A stretch of 64,000 bases of DNA, from positions 147,065-211,064 of the forward strand of contig CAWFFU010000004.1 of NCBI GenBank assembly GCA_963815215.1. The letters run 5' to 3'. Positions 48,575-58,213 of the stretch are shown one piece after another (the first letter of the stretch is position 1; every line of letters starts with the position of its first letter). The stretch comes from an uncultured Trueperaceae bacterium. GTDB lineage: Bacteria; Deinococcota; Deinococci; Deinococcales; Trueperaceae. The notes beneath the pieces were generated by a model. That model made no database searches, was not told the origin of the DNA, and worked only from the letters and a program-made list of their open reading frames with translations. A program made the translations under genes and the position numbers.

Positions 48575-49537
48575 ATGCCCGTCCTGCTCCTTGCCATCGA
48601 ACCCGAACGACTCCCTGAAGGCGTGGAGGCGCGAGTGCAGGCCGACGCGCCCGAGTACGAGGTGCTCGTCACCCGCGACCGCGACGAGGTGCTCCGCCGC
48701 GTCGGCGAGATCGAGATCATCATGGGCTTCCCGCCGCGCGACCTGCTCGCCGGGATGCCCAGGCTGGCATGGTTCCAGCAGTGGGCGGCGGGCGCGGACT
48801 GGCTGCGCGAGCATCCGGAGCTGGCCGACGCAGACTTCACACTCACCAGCGCGGTAGGGATCCACGCGGTGCAGATCGGCGAGCACGTCTTCGCCGGCCT
48901 GCTGGCGCTGGCGCGGGAGTTGCCTGCAGCCGTGCTGGCGCAGCGTGAGCGGCGCTGGCACGGGTTCAACGATGTCGAACCCTTCGAGTTGTTCGACAAG
49001 AACCTGCTGGTCGTGGGCGTGGGCGCCATCGGCGGGCGTGTGGCGGAGCTCGGGAGGGCGTTCGGCATGCGCGTCACCGGTGTGCGGCGTCATCCCGAGC
49101 GGGCAACGGCAGGCGTCGAGCGCATGGTGGGCCCCGCCGAGCTCGATGCCGAGCTCGCTGAGGCCGATGCCGTGGTGCTCACCGTGCCGCTCACCGACGA
49201 GACGCAGGATCTGCTGGACGCCGAGCGGATCGGGCGCATGAAGCGCGGCGCCGTGCTGGTCAACATCGGGCGCGGCGGCACCGTGGACGAGACCGCTCTG
49301 GCCGGGGCCCTGACCGAGGGTCATCTGCGGGGCGCTGTCCTGGACGTGTTCGAGACCGAGCCGCTGCCCGCCGGCTCGCCGCTGTGGGGCGCGCCCAATC
49401 TGCTCGTCACGGCGCACTACGCCGGCGCGACGCCGCGCTACGGCGAACGCGCCATGGCGCTGGCGCTGGACAACCTGGCGCGCTACCGCGCCGGGGAGCC
49501 CCTCAGGAACGTGGTGGACAAGAGGCTGGGGTACTGA
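48575..49537 (+). CDS. D-2-hydroxyacid dehydrogenase family protein
   Basis: VGVGAIG, PLTDET, VNIGRG, LDVFETEPLP, TAHYAG. Confidence 0.93.
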   Translation: MPVLLLAIEPERLPEGVEARVQADAPEYEVLVTRDRDEVLRRVGEIEIIMGFPPRDLLAGMPRLAWFQQWAAGADWLREHPELADADFTLTSAVGIHAVQIGEHVFAGLLALARELPAAVLAQRERRWHGFNDVEPFELFDKNLLVVGVGAIGGRVAELGRAFGMRVTGVRRHPERATAGVERMVGPAELDAELAEADAVVLTVPLTDETQDLLDAERIGRMKRGAVLVNIGRGGTVDETALAGALTEGHLRGAVLDVFETEPLPAGSPLWGAPNLLVTAHYAGATPRYGERAMALALDNLARYRAGEPLRNVVDKRLGY

Positions 49538-49689
49538 CCCCGAGCCGGCCGGTTGTCGCGTGGTCGAGGCCGCCGCGTCGGGCGCCCGAGGCGCCACGTG
49601 GTAGCATCGAGGCATAGCGGGAGCGCCGTCCCTGACGCCATTTGTTGGTAATGAGCGCGGGCGGTCGGCGCCCCGGAGGGAGGCATTCC

Positions 49690-51363
49690 ATGGCCGAAGT
49701 CAAGGCCCCCGGTCAACAGCAGAAGGTGGCGGTCGGCAACCTGATCGACGGTCGTTCGGTGGACAGCGAGCGCACCTTCGAGTCGCGCAACTCGAGCGAG
49801 CTGGCCGACATCGTCGGCGTGTTCCCCGAGGCGACCAAGGAACAGGTGCGCGCCGCCTGCCAGGCCGCGGGCAGGGCGTTCAAGACCTGGTCGAAGACGC
49901 CGGCGCCCATCCGCGGCGAGCTCATCGGTTCGATCGGGGCGGCGCTGGAGCGCGAGAAGGAGGCGCTCAGTCGCCTGGTCACGCGCGAGATGGGCAAGAC
50001 CCTGAAGGAGGCGCGTGGCAGCGTGCAGGAAGCCATCGACACCTGCCACTTCTTCCAGTCCGAGGGGCGTCGCCTGTACGGCCAGACGGTGCCCTCGGAG
50101 ATGCCCAACAAGGAACTGATGACCTACCGGCGTCCGCTGGGTGTGGTGGCGATGGTGACCGCGGGCAACTTCCCGATCGCGGTGCCGAGCTGGAAGATCA
50201 TCCCCGCCCTGCTCACCGGCAACACCATCGTGTGGAAGCCGAGCGAGGACGCACCGGCGGTCGCGTACGCCTTCGCGAGGCTCATCGAGGAGGCCGGCGT
50301 GCCCGCCGGGGTGCTCAACGTCGTGTTCGGGCACGGCAGGGACGCGGCCGGGGAGTACCTCGTCGAGATGATGGACGAGGGGCTGGTCGACAAGTTCGCG
50401 TTCACGGGCAGCACCGCGGTGGGCCGGCACATCGGCGAGGTGGCGGGCCGCAACCTCATCCATCCGACGCTGGAGCTCGGCGGCAAGAACCCGCTCGTCA
50501 TCATGCGCGATGCGGACCTCGACAACGCCGTGGAGGGCGCGATCTTCTCGGCCTTCGGGACCGGCGGCCAGCGCTGCACCTCGGCGGGCAACATCATCGT
50601 GGACGCGCCCATCTACGATGCCTTCAAGGAGCGTTTCCTGGAGCGCGTGAAGGCGTTGCGGATCGGTGACCCCAACAAGCACCCCGAGGTGCTCTACGGC
50701 CCGTTCATCAACGAGCGCTTCTTCGAGCGCTGGGAGGAGCACTACCTGTGGGGGCGCGAGGACGGCGCCACGCTGCTGCACGGTGCCGGGAGGATCACGG
50801 CCGAGAGCCTTCCGGACGGCTTCGTGGGCGACCCGGCTGCCGCCATCTACGGCTGGCCGACCGTGTGGGAGGATGTGCGACCCGGCATGCGGCAGTTCCA
50901 GGAGGAGATCTTCGGCCCCACCATCAACCTGGTGAAGGTGGACGGCATCGAGGAGGCGCTGCGCACGGCCAATGCCGTCGATTACGGCCTGTCGAGCGCC
51001 ATCTACACCAACGGCCGCGACTGGGCGTACGCCTTCAAGGACGGCATCGAGGCCGGCATGACGTCGATCAACAACACCACCGTGGGCGCCGAGGCGCACA
51101 TGCCGTTCGGCGGCGTGAAGGGCTCCGGCAACGGGAGCCGTGAGTCGGGGATCTGGGTGCTCGACTTCTACACCCGCTGGCATGCGGTCAACGACGACAT
51201 CTCGGGACGCCTGCAACTCGCTCAGATGGAGACGGCGTACGTCGAGCCGAAGGCGGCGGTGGCGGTGGACGCGACTGTTCTGAGCCGTCGCGTGGGATCG
51301 CGAGGAGCGGTCGGATCGGTGGGTCCCGGGGCGCTGGGGGGTGTTCCGGGACCCCTCGTGTGA
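49690..51363 (+). CDS. Aldehyde dehydrogenase; true stop may be 51283
   Basis: TAGNFP, WKPSE, FTGS, LELGGKNP, GQRCTS, EEIFGP, PFGGVKGSG. The tail after ..VDA looks frameshifted (removing one base at ~51274 gives VDALF*). Confidence 0.92.
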   Translation: MAEVKAPGQQQKVAVGNLIDGRSVDSERTFESRNSSELADIVGVFPEATKEQVRAACQAAGRAFKTWSKTPAPIRGELIGSIGAALEREKEALSRLVTREMGKTLKEARGSVQEAIDTCHFFQSEGRRLYGQTVPSEMPNKELMTYRRPLGVVAMVTAGNFPIAVPSWKIIPALLTGNTIVWKPSEDAPAVAYAFARLIEEAGVPAGVLNVVFGHGRDAAGEYLVEMMDEGLVDKFAFTGSTAVGRHIGEVAGRNLIHPTLELGGKNPLVIMRDADLDNAVEGAIFSAFGTGGQRCTSAGNIIVDAPIYDAFKERFLERVKALRIGDPNKHPEVLYGPFINERFFERWEEHYLWGREDGATLLHGAGRITAESLPDGFVGDPAAAIYGWPTVWEDVRPGMRQFQEEIFGPTINLVKVDGIEEALRTANAVDYGLSSAIYTNGRDWAYAFKDGIEAGMTSINNTTVGAEAHMPFGGVKGSGNGSRESGIWVLDFYTRWHAVNDDISGRLQLAQMETAYVEPKAAVAVDATVLSRRVGSRGAVGSVGPGALGGVPGPLV

Positions 51364-51537
51364 TGTGAACGCCCTTAGCCGTTGGGCGCATCCCGTTAGG
51401 CCCCTTCGAAGGGGCCTCGAAGGCTGTCCCTGACCCATATCCGTGGATGGGCGGGTCCGCCGCGCGCTCGGCACCTGCCAAGGCTCGAACCCGCAAGGAG
51501 CTGCCACCGAGAGTCCCCCGGCAGCCGCCCAGGACCT
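51321..51537 (+). ncRNA. ssrS: Candidate 6S RNA
   Basis: About 217-nt rod fold worked out by hand. The 5' end pairs with 51492-51537, followed by a central bubble, inner stem GTTGGGCGC/GCGCTCGGC and apical hairpins. GU pairs favour the plus strand. CACCTG...AAGGAGCTGC resembles the 3' side of Firmicutes-type 6S RNAs as I recall them. Confidence 0.55.
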
Positions 51538-51768
51538 CTTGGCGGATTGCCCCGGCGGCGGCGATCCTCGGCTCGTGCCGCTAGGCAGGAGCGCGCGGAT
51601 CGCGTGCCTGACGCGGAGAACTAGGTGCTCATGCCATTAGCCGGATTCCGAAGGGGCGTCGTTTCGCCCGAGGGGTTGCGGAAACCCCCCGCTCATGGCG
51701 GAGCCCAATGGTGTCGAGGTCTCGTGAGGGCGAGCGCGCCATGCCGATCGTCACGGGCCCCGATCGCG

Positions 51769-52213
51769 TCAACCTGCGGCCGGGGGCTCCCAGCTCACGC
51801 CCGGGAAGCGACCGAAGTCATTGTCGAACGTCACCACGGTGGCGCCGTGCTCGATCGCGAGCGCGGCGAGGTGGGCGTCGTTGACGAGGTTACCGCCTAC
51901 GCTGCCTCCGACGCCGGTGGCGGCGAGCATCCGGCCTAGCAGTTCGGCGTGCTGCGAGGTGGGCGCGCCCTGTACCACGTTCGGCTGGTGTGTCCAGGCC
52001 GACACAACGCGGGTCGCCTGCTCCGCCGTGAGTGGACGCGGGTAGATCCCCGGATGGGTGCTGATCCGGAGGAAGGCGAGCAGGCAGAGCCACGGGAGGA
52101 TCACCGTCTCCGCGCCAGACAGGGCCGCGTCCAGCCAGCGCCTGGCCTGCTGCGTGGTGTGGGGCCGAGGTGTCGACGGCGTAGAGCAGGACGTTGGCGT
52201 CGACCAGCTTCAC
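51769..52213 (-). pseudogene. vapC: VapC PIN-domain toxin, frameshifted at ~52153 (pseudogene or sequencing error)
   Basis: LVDANVLLYAVD...HH in one frame; ARRWLD...AFLRIST...NLVNDAHLAALAIEH...TFDNDFGRF in the next. Confidence 0.85.
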
Positions 52214-52464
52214 TTGCCCAGGCTGCGCTTGCGGAGCAGCTCCTCGTCCTCGAGGCGTCCCGCCAGCTCCAGGGCCCGGTCGAGCGGGCGTCGTGCGCCG
52301 CCCATGTCGAAGGTCGGCGTGTGGAAGGGCTCGGCTGCGCTGCCGGGCGTCAGGCCGGCGCGCAGGGCCGTGTTGACGGCCTCCTTGAACGACAGCCCGC
52401 GCTCTCGCATCAGCTTGCGGACCATGGCATCGACGTCGGGGTCGAGCGTGATGGTCGTCCTCAT
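52210..52464 (-). CDS. vapB: VapB antitoxin (RHH type)
   Basis: MRTTITLDPDV...GLSFKEAVNTALR. Stop overlaps the vapC start (GTGA). Confidence 0.88.
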   Translation of the reverse strand: MRTTITLDPDVDAMVRKLMRERGLSFKEAVNTALRAGLTPGSAAEPFHTPTFDMGGARRPLDRALELAGRLEDEELLRKRSLGK

Positions 52465-52468
52465 GGGC

Positions 52469-52503
52469 GCATCATAGCATCACGGCCATTGATGTCTTGA
52501 TGC
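52469..52503 (-). promoter_or_regulatory. vapBC operator overlapping a leaderless -10
   Basis: Inverted repeat GCATCA-TAG-CATCA-N7-TGATG-TCT-TGATGC covering TATGAT, 6 nt upstream of the ATG. Confidence 0.75.
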
Positions 52504-52548
52504 TTCACGCCGAGGACGACACGGCGCGCGCCCATCCCGGCGCGTCGC

Positions 52549-53625
52549 TCAGCCGTCGATCAGCTCCGCCAGGCGTTCGTCCTGCAGCAGCGTCTTGATG
52601 TCCTGGACGCGGTCCTTACGCACCAGCAGCACGGTGTTTCCGCGTTTCACCACCACCAGGTCCTCGACGCCCAGGGTGACGACCACGTCGTCGGGATCCT
52701 CGGTGTAGATGATGTTGCCGGAGGTGTCCATGCCCACGTGGCGGCCGACGACCGTGTTGGTGCCGGAGGCTTCCACGCCCTCCTCGTCGGTGTGCTGGCG
52801 GAGCAGACGCTCGAGCGCCACCCAGTCGCCGATGTCGTCCCATGCGAAGTCGCCGGGCACGACGTAGGCGCGGTCGGTCCGCTCCATCACCGCGAAGTCG
52901 ATGGAGATCTTGGTGAGCGTAGGGAACACCCGACCGATCTCGCCCTCGTTGAAGGCGCGGCGCAGCGGCTGCATGAGCTCGGGCGCGTGTTGGTCGAGCT
53001 CTTCGAGGATGGCTCCGGTCGACCACACGAAGATGCCGGCGTTCCAGAGGTAATCCCCCGAGCCCACATAGGCCTCGGCGGTGCGCAGGTTCGGCTTCTC
53101 CACGAAGCGCTTCACCTGGAAGCCGCCGTCGGTGGCGTCGCCCTTCTCGATGTAGCCGTAGCCGGTCGCCGGCCGGCTGGGGCGGATGCCGATGGTGACC
53201 AGCCCGTCCTGCTCCTCGGCGAGGTCGATCGCGCCCCTGAGGGTCGCCTCGAACGCCCCGTTATCGCCGATCTCGTGGTCCGACGAGAACAGCCCCATGA
53301 CCACGTCGCCGTAGCGAGCGTGCACGGTGAGAGCCGCCAGTGCAACGGCCGGCGCCGAGTCGCGCCCCTCCGGTTCGATGAGCAGGTTGACGGTAGGGAC
53401 CTCGGGGAGCTGCTCGCGCACCAGGTTCACGTAGCGGCGGCCGGTCGCGACCAGCACGTGGTCGGGATCGCCGGCGAGCGTCAGGACCCGGTCGTAGGTG
53501 GCCTGGATGAGGGTGCGGCCGGCGTGGCTCAGGTCGAGGAACTGCTTCGGGCGCTCCGGCGTGGAGAGCGGCCAGAAGCGCTGTCCCTTGCCTCCGGCCA
53601 TGATGACGGCGACGAACGGTTTCAA
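52549..53625 (-). CDS. manC: Mannose-1-phosphate guanylyltransferase
   Basis: IMAGGKGQRFWPLS..PKQFL, EPEGRDSA, TGYGYI, FVEKP, WNAGIF, SIDFAVME, WDDIGDW. Confidence 0.93.
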   Translation of the reverse strand: MKPFVAVIMAGGKGQRFWPLSTPERPKQFLDLSHAGRTLIQATYDRVLTLAGDPDHVLVATGRRYVNLVREQLPEVPTVNLLIEPEGRDSAPAVALAALTVHARYGDVVMGLFSSDHEIGDNGAFEATLRGAIDLAEEQDGLVTIGIRPSRPATGYGYIEKGDATDGGFQVKRFVEKPNLRTAEAYVGSGDYLWNAGIFVWSTGAILEELDQHAPELMQPLRRAFNEGEIGRVFPTLTKISIDFAVMERTDRAYVVPGDFAWDDIGDWVALERLLRQHTDEEGVEASGTNTVVGRHVGMDTSGNIIYTEDPDDVVVTLGVEDLVVVKRGNTVLLVRKDRVQDIKTLLQDERLAELIDG

Positions 53626-53723
53626 GCGTGCCCCCTCTACCGACGGTTCGCGCGCCGTACCGGAGTGCGCGGCGCGCGGGATCGCAGCATGCGTAGTGAG
53701 GCCAGTCTACCGCTGCGCGCGGT

Positions 53724-54563
53724 CTAGCGACCGAAGCGCCGCTCGCGCGCCTGGAAGCTCCGCACGGCGCGCAGGAAATCGAGCCGGCGGAACTCCGGCC
53801 AGAAGGCGTCGCAGAAGTAGAACTCGCTGTAGGCGCTCTGCCACAACAGGAACCCCGACAGGCGCACCTCGCCCGAGGTGCGGATGACGAAGTCGGGATC
53901 GGGGGAGCCGGCTGTGTAGAGATGCCGGCCGATCGCCTCGGCGCTGAGCTGGTGGGCCGCCTCGGCCAGGTCCTCGCCGGCGGCCGCCTTCTCCTCGAGC
54001 AGGTTGCGCACCGCTGACACGATCTCCTCGCGCCCGCCGTAGCCGAGGGCGACATTCACCTGCATGCCGTCGTAACCTGCCGTCGCCTCTTCCATGCTGC
54101 GCAGGGCGTCCTTCGCCTCTATGGGGAAGTCCTCGATATCGCCGATGATGCGCACGCGCACGCGGTTGGCGTGGATACGCTCGTCGGTCAGGAGGTCCTT
54201 GGCCTGCTGTCCGAACAGGCGATGGAGGTGCGCCACTTCGTCCGGCCCACGACCGCGGTTCTCGGTGCTGAAGCCCCACAGCGTGACGTGGCGGATGCCC
54301 AGGTCGAGGCACCAGTCCAGCACCTCGTGCGCCTTGCTCGCGCCGAAGTCGTGCCCGGCCTCGAGATCCAGGCCGATGGCCCGAGCGAAACGTCGGTTGC
54401 CGTCCATGATGATGCCGATGTGGCGGGGAAGGTGGCGCGACCCCTTCACGACACGCAGCAGCCGTCGCTCGTAGAGCCAGTACAGCGGCCGCGTCACGGC
54501 GCCCACGAGGCCGAGTGCGCGGCGCTGACGCGAGCGCGGGGCTGCAGGGGCGTGCGTGCTCAC
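53724..54563 (-). CDS. cis-prenyltransferase (undecaprenyl / Z-isoprenyl diphosphate synthase family)
   Basis: HIGIIMDGNRR, FSTEN, GYGGREE, IRTSGEVRLSGFLLWQ, RERRFG. Confidence 0.93.
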   Translation of the reverse strand: MSTHAPAAPRSRQRRALGLVGAVTRPLYWLYERRLLRVVKGSRHLPRHIGIIMDGNRRFARAIGLDLEAGHDFGASKAHEVLDWCLDLGIRHVTLWGFSTENRGRGPDEVAHLHRLFGQQAKDLLTDERIHANRVRVRIIGDIEDFPIEAKDALRSMEEATAGYDGMQVNVALGYGGREEIVSAVRNLLEEKAAAGEDLAEAAHQLSAEAIGRHLYTAGSPDPDFVIRTSGEVRLSGFLLWQSAYSEFYFCDAFWPEFRRLDFLRAVRSFQARERRFGR

Positions 54564-54678
54564 GCCGGTAGTGTACTCCGGCGGGAGACACGATCCGGGT
54601 CAGGGGTCGCACGGCGTCACCTGGCGCCGCGGTCGCCCACGGGCTTCCGGCGCCCCGGCGTGCGTGGCGTGAGCCGCG

Positions 54679-55560
54679 TCAGTATGCGCCGTCGCGCTTG
54701 AGCACCGCCGACACCGTCTTGATGAGCACCACGATATCGAGCCACACCGACCAGTTGCGCACGTAGAAGCCGTCGAGCTCGACGCGCTGATCGTAGTCGG
54801 TGTCGGACCTTCCGGAGATCTGCCAGTAGCCCGTCATGCCCGGGCGCACCATGGTGTAGAGATCGAATGCGTCGCGGTACTTGGGGACCTCGGCGTCTAC
54901 GATGGGGCGCGGCCCGACCAGGCTCATCTCACCCTTGAGCACGTTCCAGAGCTGCGGGAGCTCGTCCAGGCTGTAGCGCCGGAGGGTGCGCCCCACGCGC
55001 GTCACGCGCGGGTCGTTCTTGAGCTTGTGGGTCGCCTCCCACTCGGCGCGGAGCTCGGGGTTGTCCTCGAGATGATGTTCGAGCGCCTCCTGCGCGTCGC
55101 TGACCATGGTGCGGAACTTCCAGACCCGGATCTTGCGGCCGTTGCGGCCGATGCGGGTGTGGCCGAAGAAGACCGGACCCCGGGAGTCCAGGGCGACCGC
55201 CGCGGCCAGGCCCAGCAGGATCGGGCTGATGAGGAGGCCGCCGAGAACGGTGGCCGTGATGTCGATCCCGCGTTTGACGAAGCGGTTGACGGGCGACGCG
55301 AGCTCGTTGCGGACCTCGAGGGCGAGGAGGTTGTCGAGCGAGCCGGCGCGGACACCGAGGACCGGGAGGCCGGGGAGGTCGGGGACGTACTGCACCAGGG
55401 TGAAGGCGTCCTCGGCGGGGTCGAGCTTCGGCAAGTGGAGAGGGGCGCTGTTGGGGTCCATCGCCACGATGGCGTGGTGGATGCCCTCGCGGCGGGCGAA
55501 GGCGTTGGCGGCGGAGATGGGGCCGAGGTAGGGGACTCTATTTCGCACGTCTGGTGGCGT
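54679..55560 (-). CDS. wbaP: WbaP/WcaJ-type polyprenyl-phosphate sugar phosphotransferase, C-terminal catalytic part
   Basis: [56 protein letters not shown]. Continues the upstream ORF across a frameshift at ~55540-55585. Confidence 0.88.
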   Translation of the reverse strand, partial: TPPDVRNRVPYLGPISAANAFARREGIHHAIVAMDPNSAPLHLPKLDPAEDAFTLVQYVPDLPGLPVLGVRAGSLDNLLALEVRNELASPVNRFVKRGIDITATVLGGLLISPILLGLAAAVALDSRGPVFFGHTRIGRNGRKIRVWKFRTMVSDAQEALEHHLEDNPELRAEWEATHKLKNDPRVTRVGRTLRRYSLDELPQLWNVLKGEMSLVGPRPIVDAEVPKYRDAFDLYTMVRPGMTGYWQISGRSDTDYDQRVELDGFYVRNWSVWLDIVVLIKTVSAVLKRDGAY

Positions 55561-55564
55561 AGCA

Positions 55565-57740
55565 TCAGCTGGGCGCTCGAGCTCCGAACATCGCGGCCGG
55601 GTGGAGCCCGTCCAGGGAACGGTCGAGCAGCGTCTGGGCGATGTTGCTACCCACAGTTCCGGTCCCGAGGATCGCGACGGGGCGGCCCCAGATGCCGAGC
55701 GCCCGCAGTACACGCTTGGCGGTGCCACGCCCGATGGGAAGCATGAAGAGCGTCAAGAACGCCATGACCAGCACGGTGGCAGGCGCAACGCCGAGCTCGG
55801 TTCGGAAGAGGACACTCCCTGTCAGGAAGACGATGCCGGCGTAGGCAGCACTCCACACCTGGCGCTTCAGTTCGTCGGGTTCGGTCAGTCCGTAGCCGGG
55901 GTAGAGACCTTCTCTCCACGCCATGGCAGGCCACAGCAAGAGCGCGTAGCGCGACAGGCCCAGGAGGTGGTGAGGGGCCTGCTCTGGGTCGATGCCCAAC
56001 AGAGGAAGGATTCGGGTTGCTGCGATGAAGGCGAACCACGCGAGGCCCAGATCGAGAGATGCCAGCAGGAGACGGACCACGAATTGCTTCGACACCGAGT
56101 CCGCCGCTGTCGTCGTGCCGGACCGAGTGCCTGCACGCCATCCTGCGACAGCTGCGAGCGGATAGATGACGCCACCGAAGAAGAGCGTGTAGTCGAATAC
56201 ATTCGCCAGGAGCACGGCGCCTAGGACCACCAGGAACCCCAGGTCCCGCCGTCGCATCGCGGACATGGACAGCCCGGTCAATAGCAGCATGAGGCCGAAG
56301 AGACCCAAGACCCCACGTTCGAAGAGGATCTCGAGGTAGAGGTTGTGTGCGTGGGCAGGGACCTCGGACTGCGATGCAGTTACGCTCGATTCGGTGCGTT
56401 CGTAGTAGGAAGGAAACGCTCCGACGCCCCGGCCGAGCCACGGCCTGCTCAGGAATCCCTTCCAGGCTGCACGCCACATGCTGAGCCTACCGGTGGCGAA
56501 GGGGAGACCGCGCGTGGCGTCGCCCGGTGTGTAGCTCGTCAGTGGTCCGCGTTCGACCTGGAATCCGGCGAAGGCTGTGGTGGCGCCGGCGATCTCGCGG
56601 CCGTCGGGTGCCAACCCCACGTACCAATCTACGCGCGGACTGGTGCCCTCGTACTTGAAGGTCGCGTAGATCCGCTGCCAGGCGCCGTTCCTAGCGGCAA
56701 CACCATAGTCCTCGATGACGCCCGATCCCTGGAGGGACGCTCGGACCTGGCCATCGATCAGCTCGGCGGTCAGGGCGAAGGTGCCGTTGCCCTCCGTTTG
56801 CCCCCAACCCTGGATGCCGGGTCGCTGAGCGCCGCGCTCAAGTACCCAGGCGCTGGCCGTATACGTCTGCATGCGTTGCAGTGGGACGACCTGCTGCAAC
56901 CGGAGCCAACTTGCGCTGCCTTCCTTGGTGATCGTGTACACGGTCCGCGCTCGACCACCGAGGCGGGCCGTGGCCGTCTCGATCTTGACGTCGCGTGCGA
57001 TCCACCAATCGCCCTTCGCGATCTCGGATCCGCGGATCAGATTCGTGGGTCCGGCGGCAGGCGTCGCGGCCACCAGGAAGCCGATGTTGCCGAGGCCGAT
57101 CGCCTGCCCGAAGACGATCAGGAACAGCACCGATCCACTCAAGACAGCCAGCGTGAGGCCCTGCGCGAGTTTGCGGGTCACCACGGCACGGAGTGCCAGG
57201 TAGGCCAGGACGAGGAGCAGACCGAACGCCGCTTCACGGCTCCCAGCGGCGAGGATTCCCAGGGCAGTCACTGCGAGCGTGCTCGCGCGCATCCAACCCT
57301 GGCGCGTTAGCACGGCTATGAGGCTCCCAACGACGAGCAACATGTGGGCGAACAGCGCGGGGTTGCTTCCCCACACCAGGGCTTCCGTGACGGTCGGGTA
57401 GGCGAGATTGAGGCTCACGTGACCAAGCCCGAGGGCGACGAGGAGGACGAAGCCGACGAAGAGCCCGCGGAGTACGTGGGCACGGGGAAGGTGGGCGAGG
57501 TTGGACTGGTGCAGCTCCCCGAAGGCCCGATAGATGGCCCAAGGCCCGATGACCTGCAGGAGCCCGAATACGGCGCCCGAGGCACCGGAAGTGGCTGCGA
57601 TCGACACGGCGGATGCCAAGGCCGCTGCGAACCACGGTAGGTCGCTGACTCTTGGGCGCATCCTCGTCGTCAGAACGAAGAGCAGGCCGATGAAGGGGCC
57701 GAACGATGGCAAGAAGCTGACGCCGAAGCCGAGAAGGAAC
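55565..57740 (-). CDS. O-antigen ligase (Wzy_C/WaaL-like) with a beta-rich extracytoplasmic domain, fused in frame to the WbaP N-terminal region
   Basis: GRLSMWRAAWKGFLSRPWLGRG...HAHNLYLEILFERG ligase signature, then LYPGYG...GIWGRPVAILGTG...GLHPAAMF (WbaP N-terminal pattern). The 5' end is joined out of frame to an upstream duplicate. Confidence 0.75.
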
Positions 57741-58067
57741 CACGAAGCCTACGAATAGTCCTTGCAGGATACGGTCCCTGGGAAGCCGCTCGATAAACGG
57801 AGCATGCAACTCCGCGAAAGCGCGGTACATGGCCCACGGCCCGAGCACCTGGAGAAGACCGAAGAGCGCGCCCCCGACACCGCCATGGACGCCAACCGAT
57901 ATGGCGGACAACAGGGCTGCGGCGAACCAGGGCAGATCGGAGCGCTTCAGGCGAAGCCTGACGGTGAGGACGAACAGGAACGCCGCGAACGGCCCGTAGG
58001 AAGGCAACAGGCTGGCGCCGACCCCGAGCAGGAAGGCGATCCCTGAGTTCGCGCGTGACGGCGTCAC
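57741..58067 (-). pseudogene. Diverged duplicate of the N-terminal ~105 aa of the ligase-WbaP gene
   Basis: LPSYGPF...SDLPWFAAAL...FGLLQVLGPWAMYRAFAELH...GLFVGFV is repeated downstream as LPSFGPF...SDLPWFAAAL...FGLLQVIGPWAIYRAFGELH...GLFVGFV. Confidence 0.75.
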
Positions 58068-58213
58068 ACCGATCAGTATGACGCAGGACGCCGGCGTGCG
58101 TGCGTGCGATTCCTGGTTTCCACGCCTCCAACGAGACTCACGACCCAGCGCGGTCCGAAGTATGGGCCGATGACCGGGACGTCACTATCCCCTTCAGAAC
58201 GCCGAGAGCCAGC

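Noticed and set aside
51321..51760. tmRNA, RNase P RNA, SRP RNA or tRNA as identities for the structured intergenic region
   Set aside because: No tRNA-like ends or T-loop, no GAGGAAAGTCC, and no SRP helix-8 motif seen.
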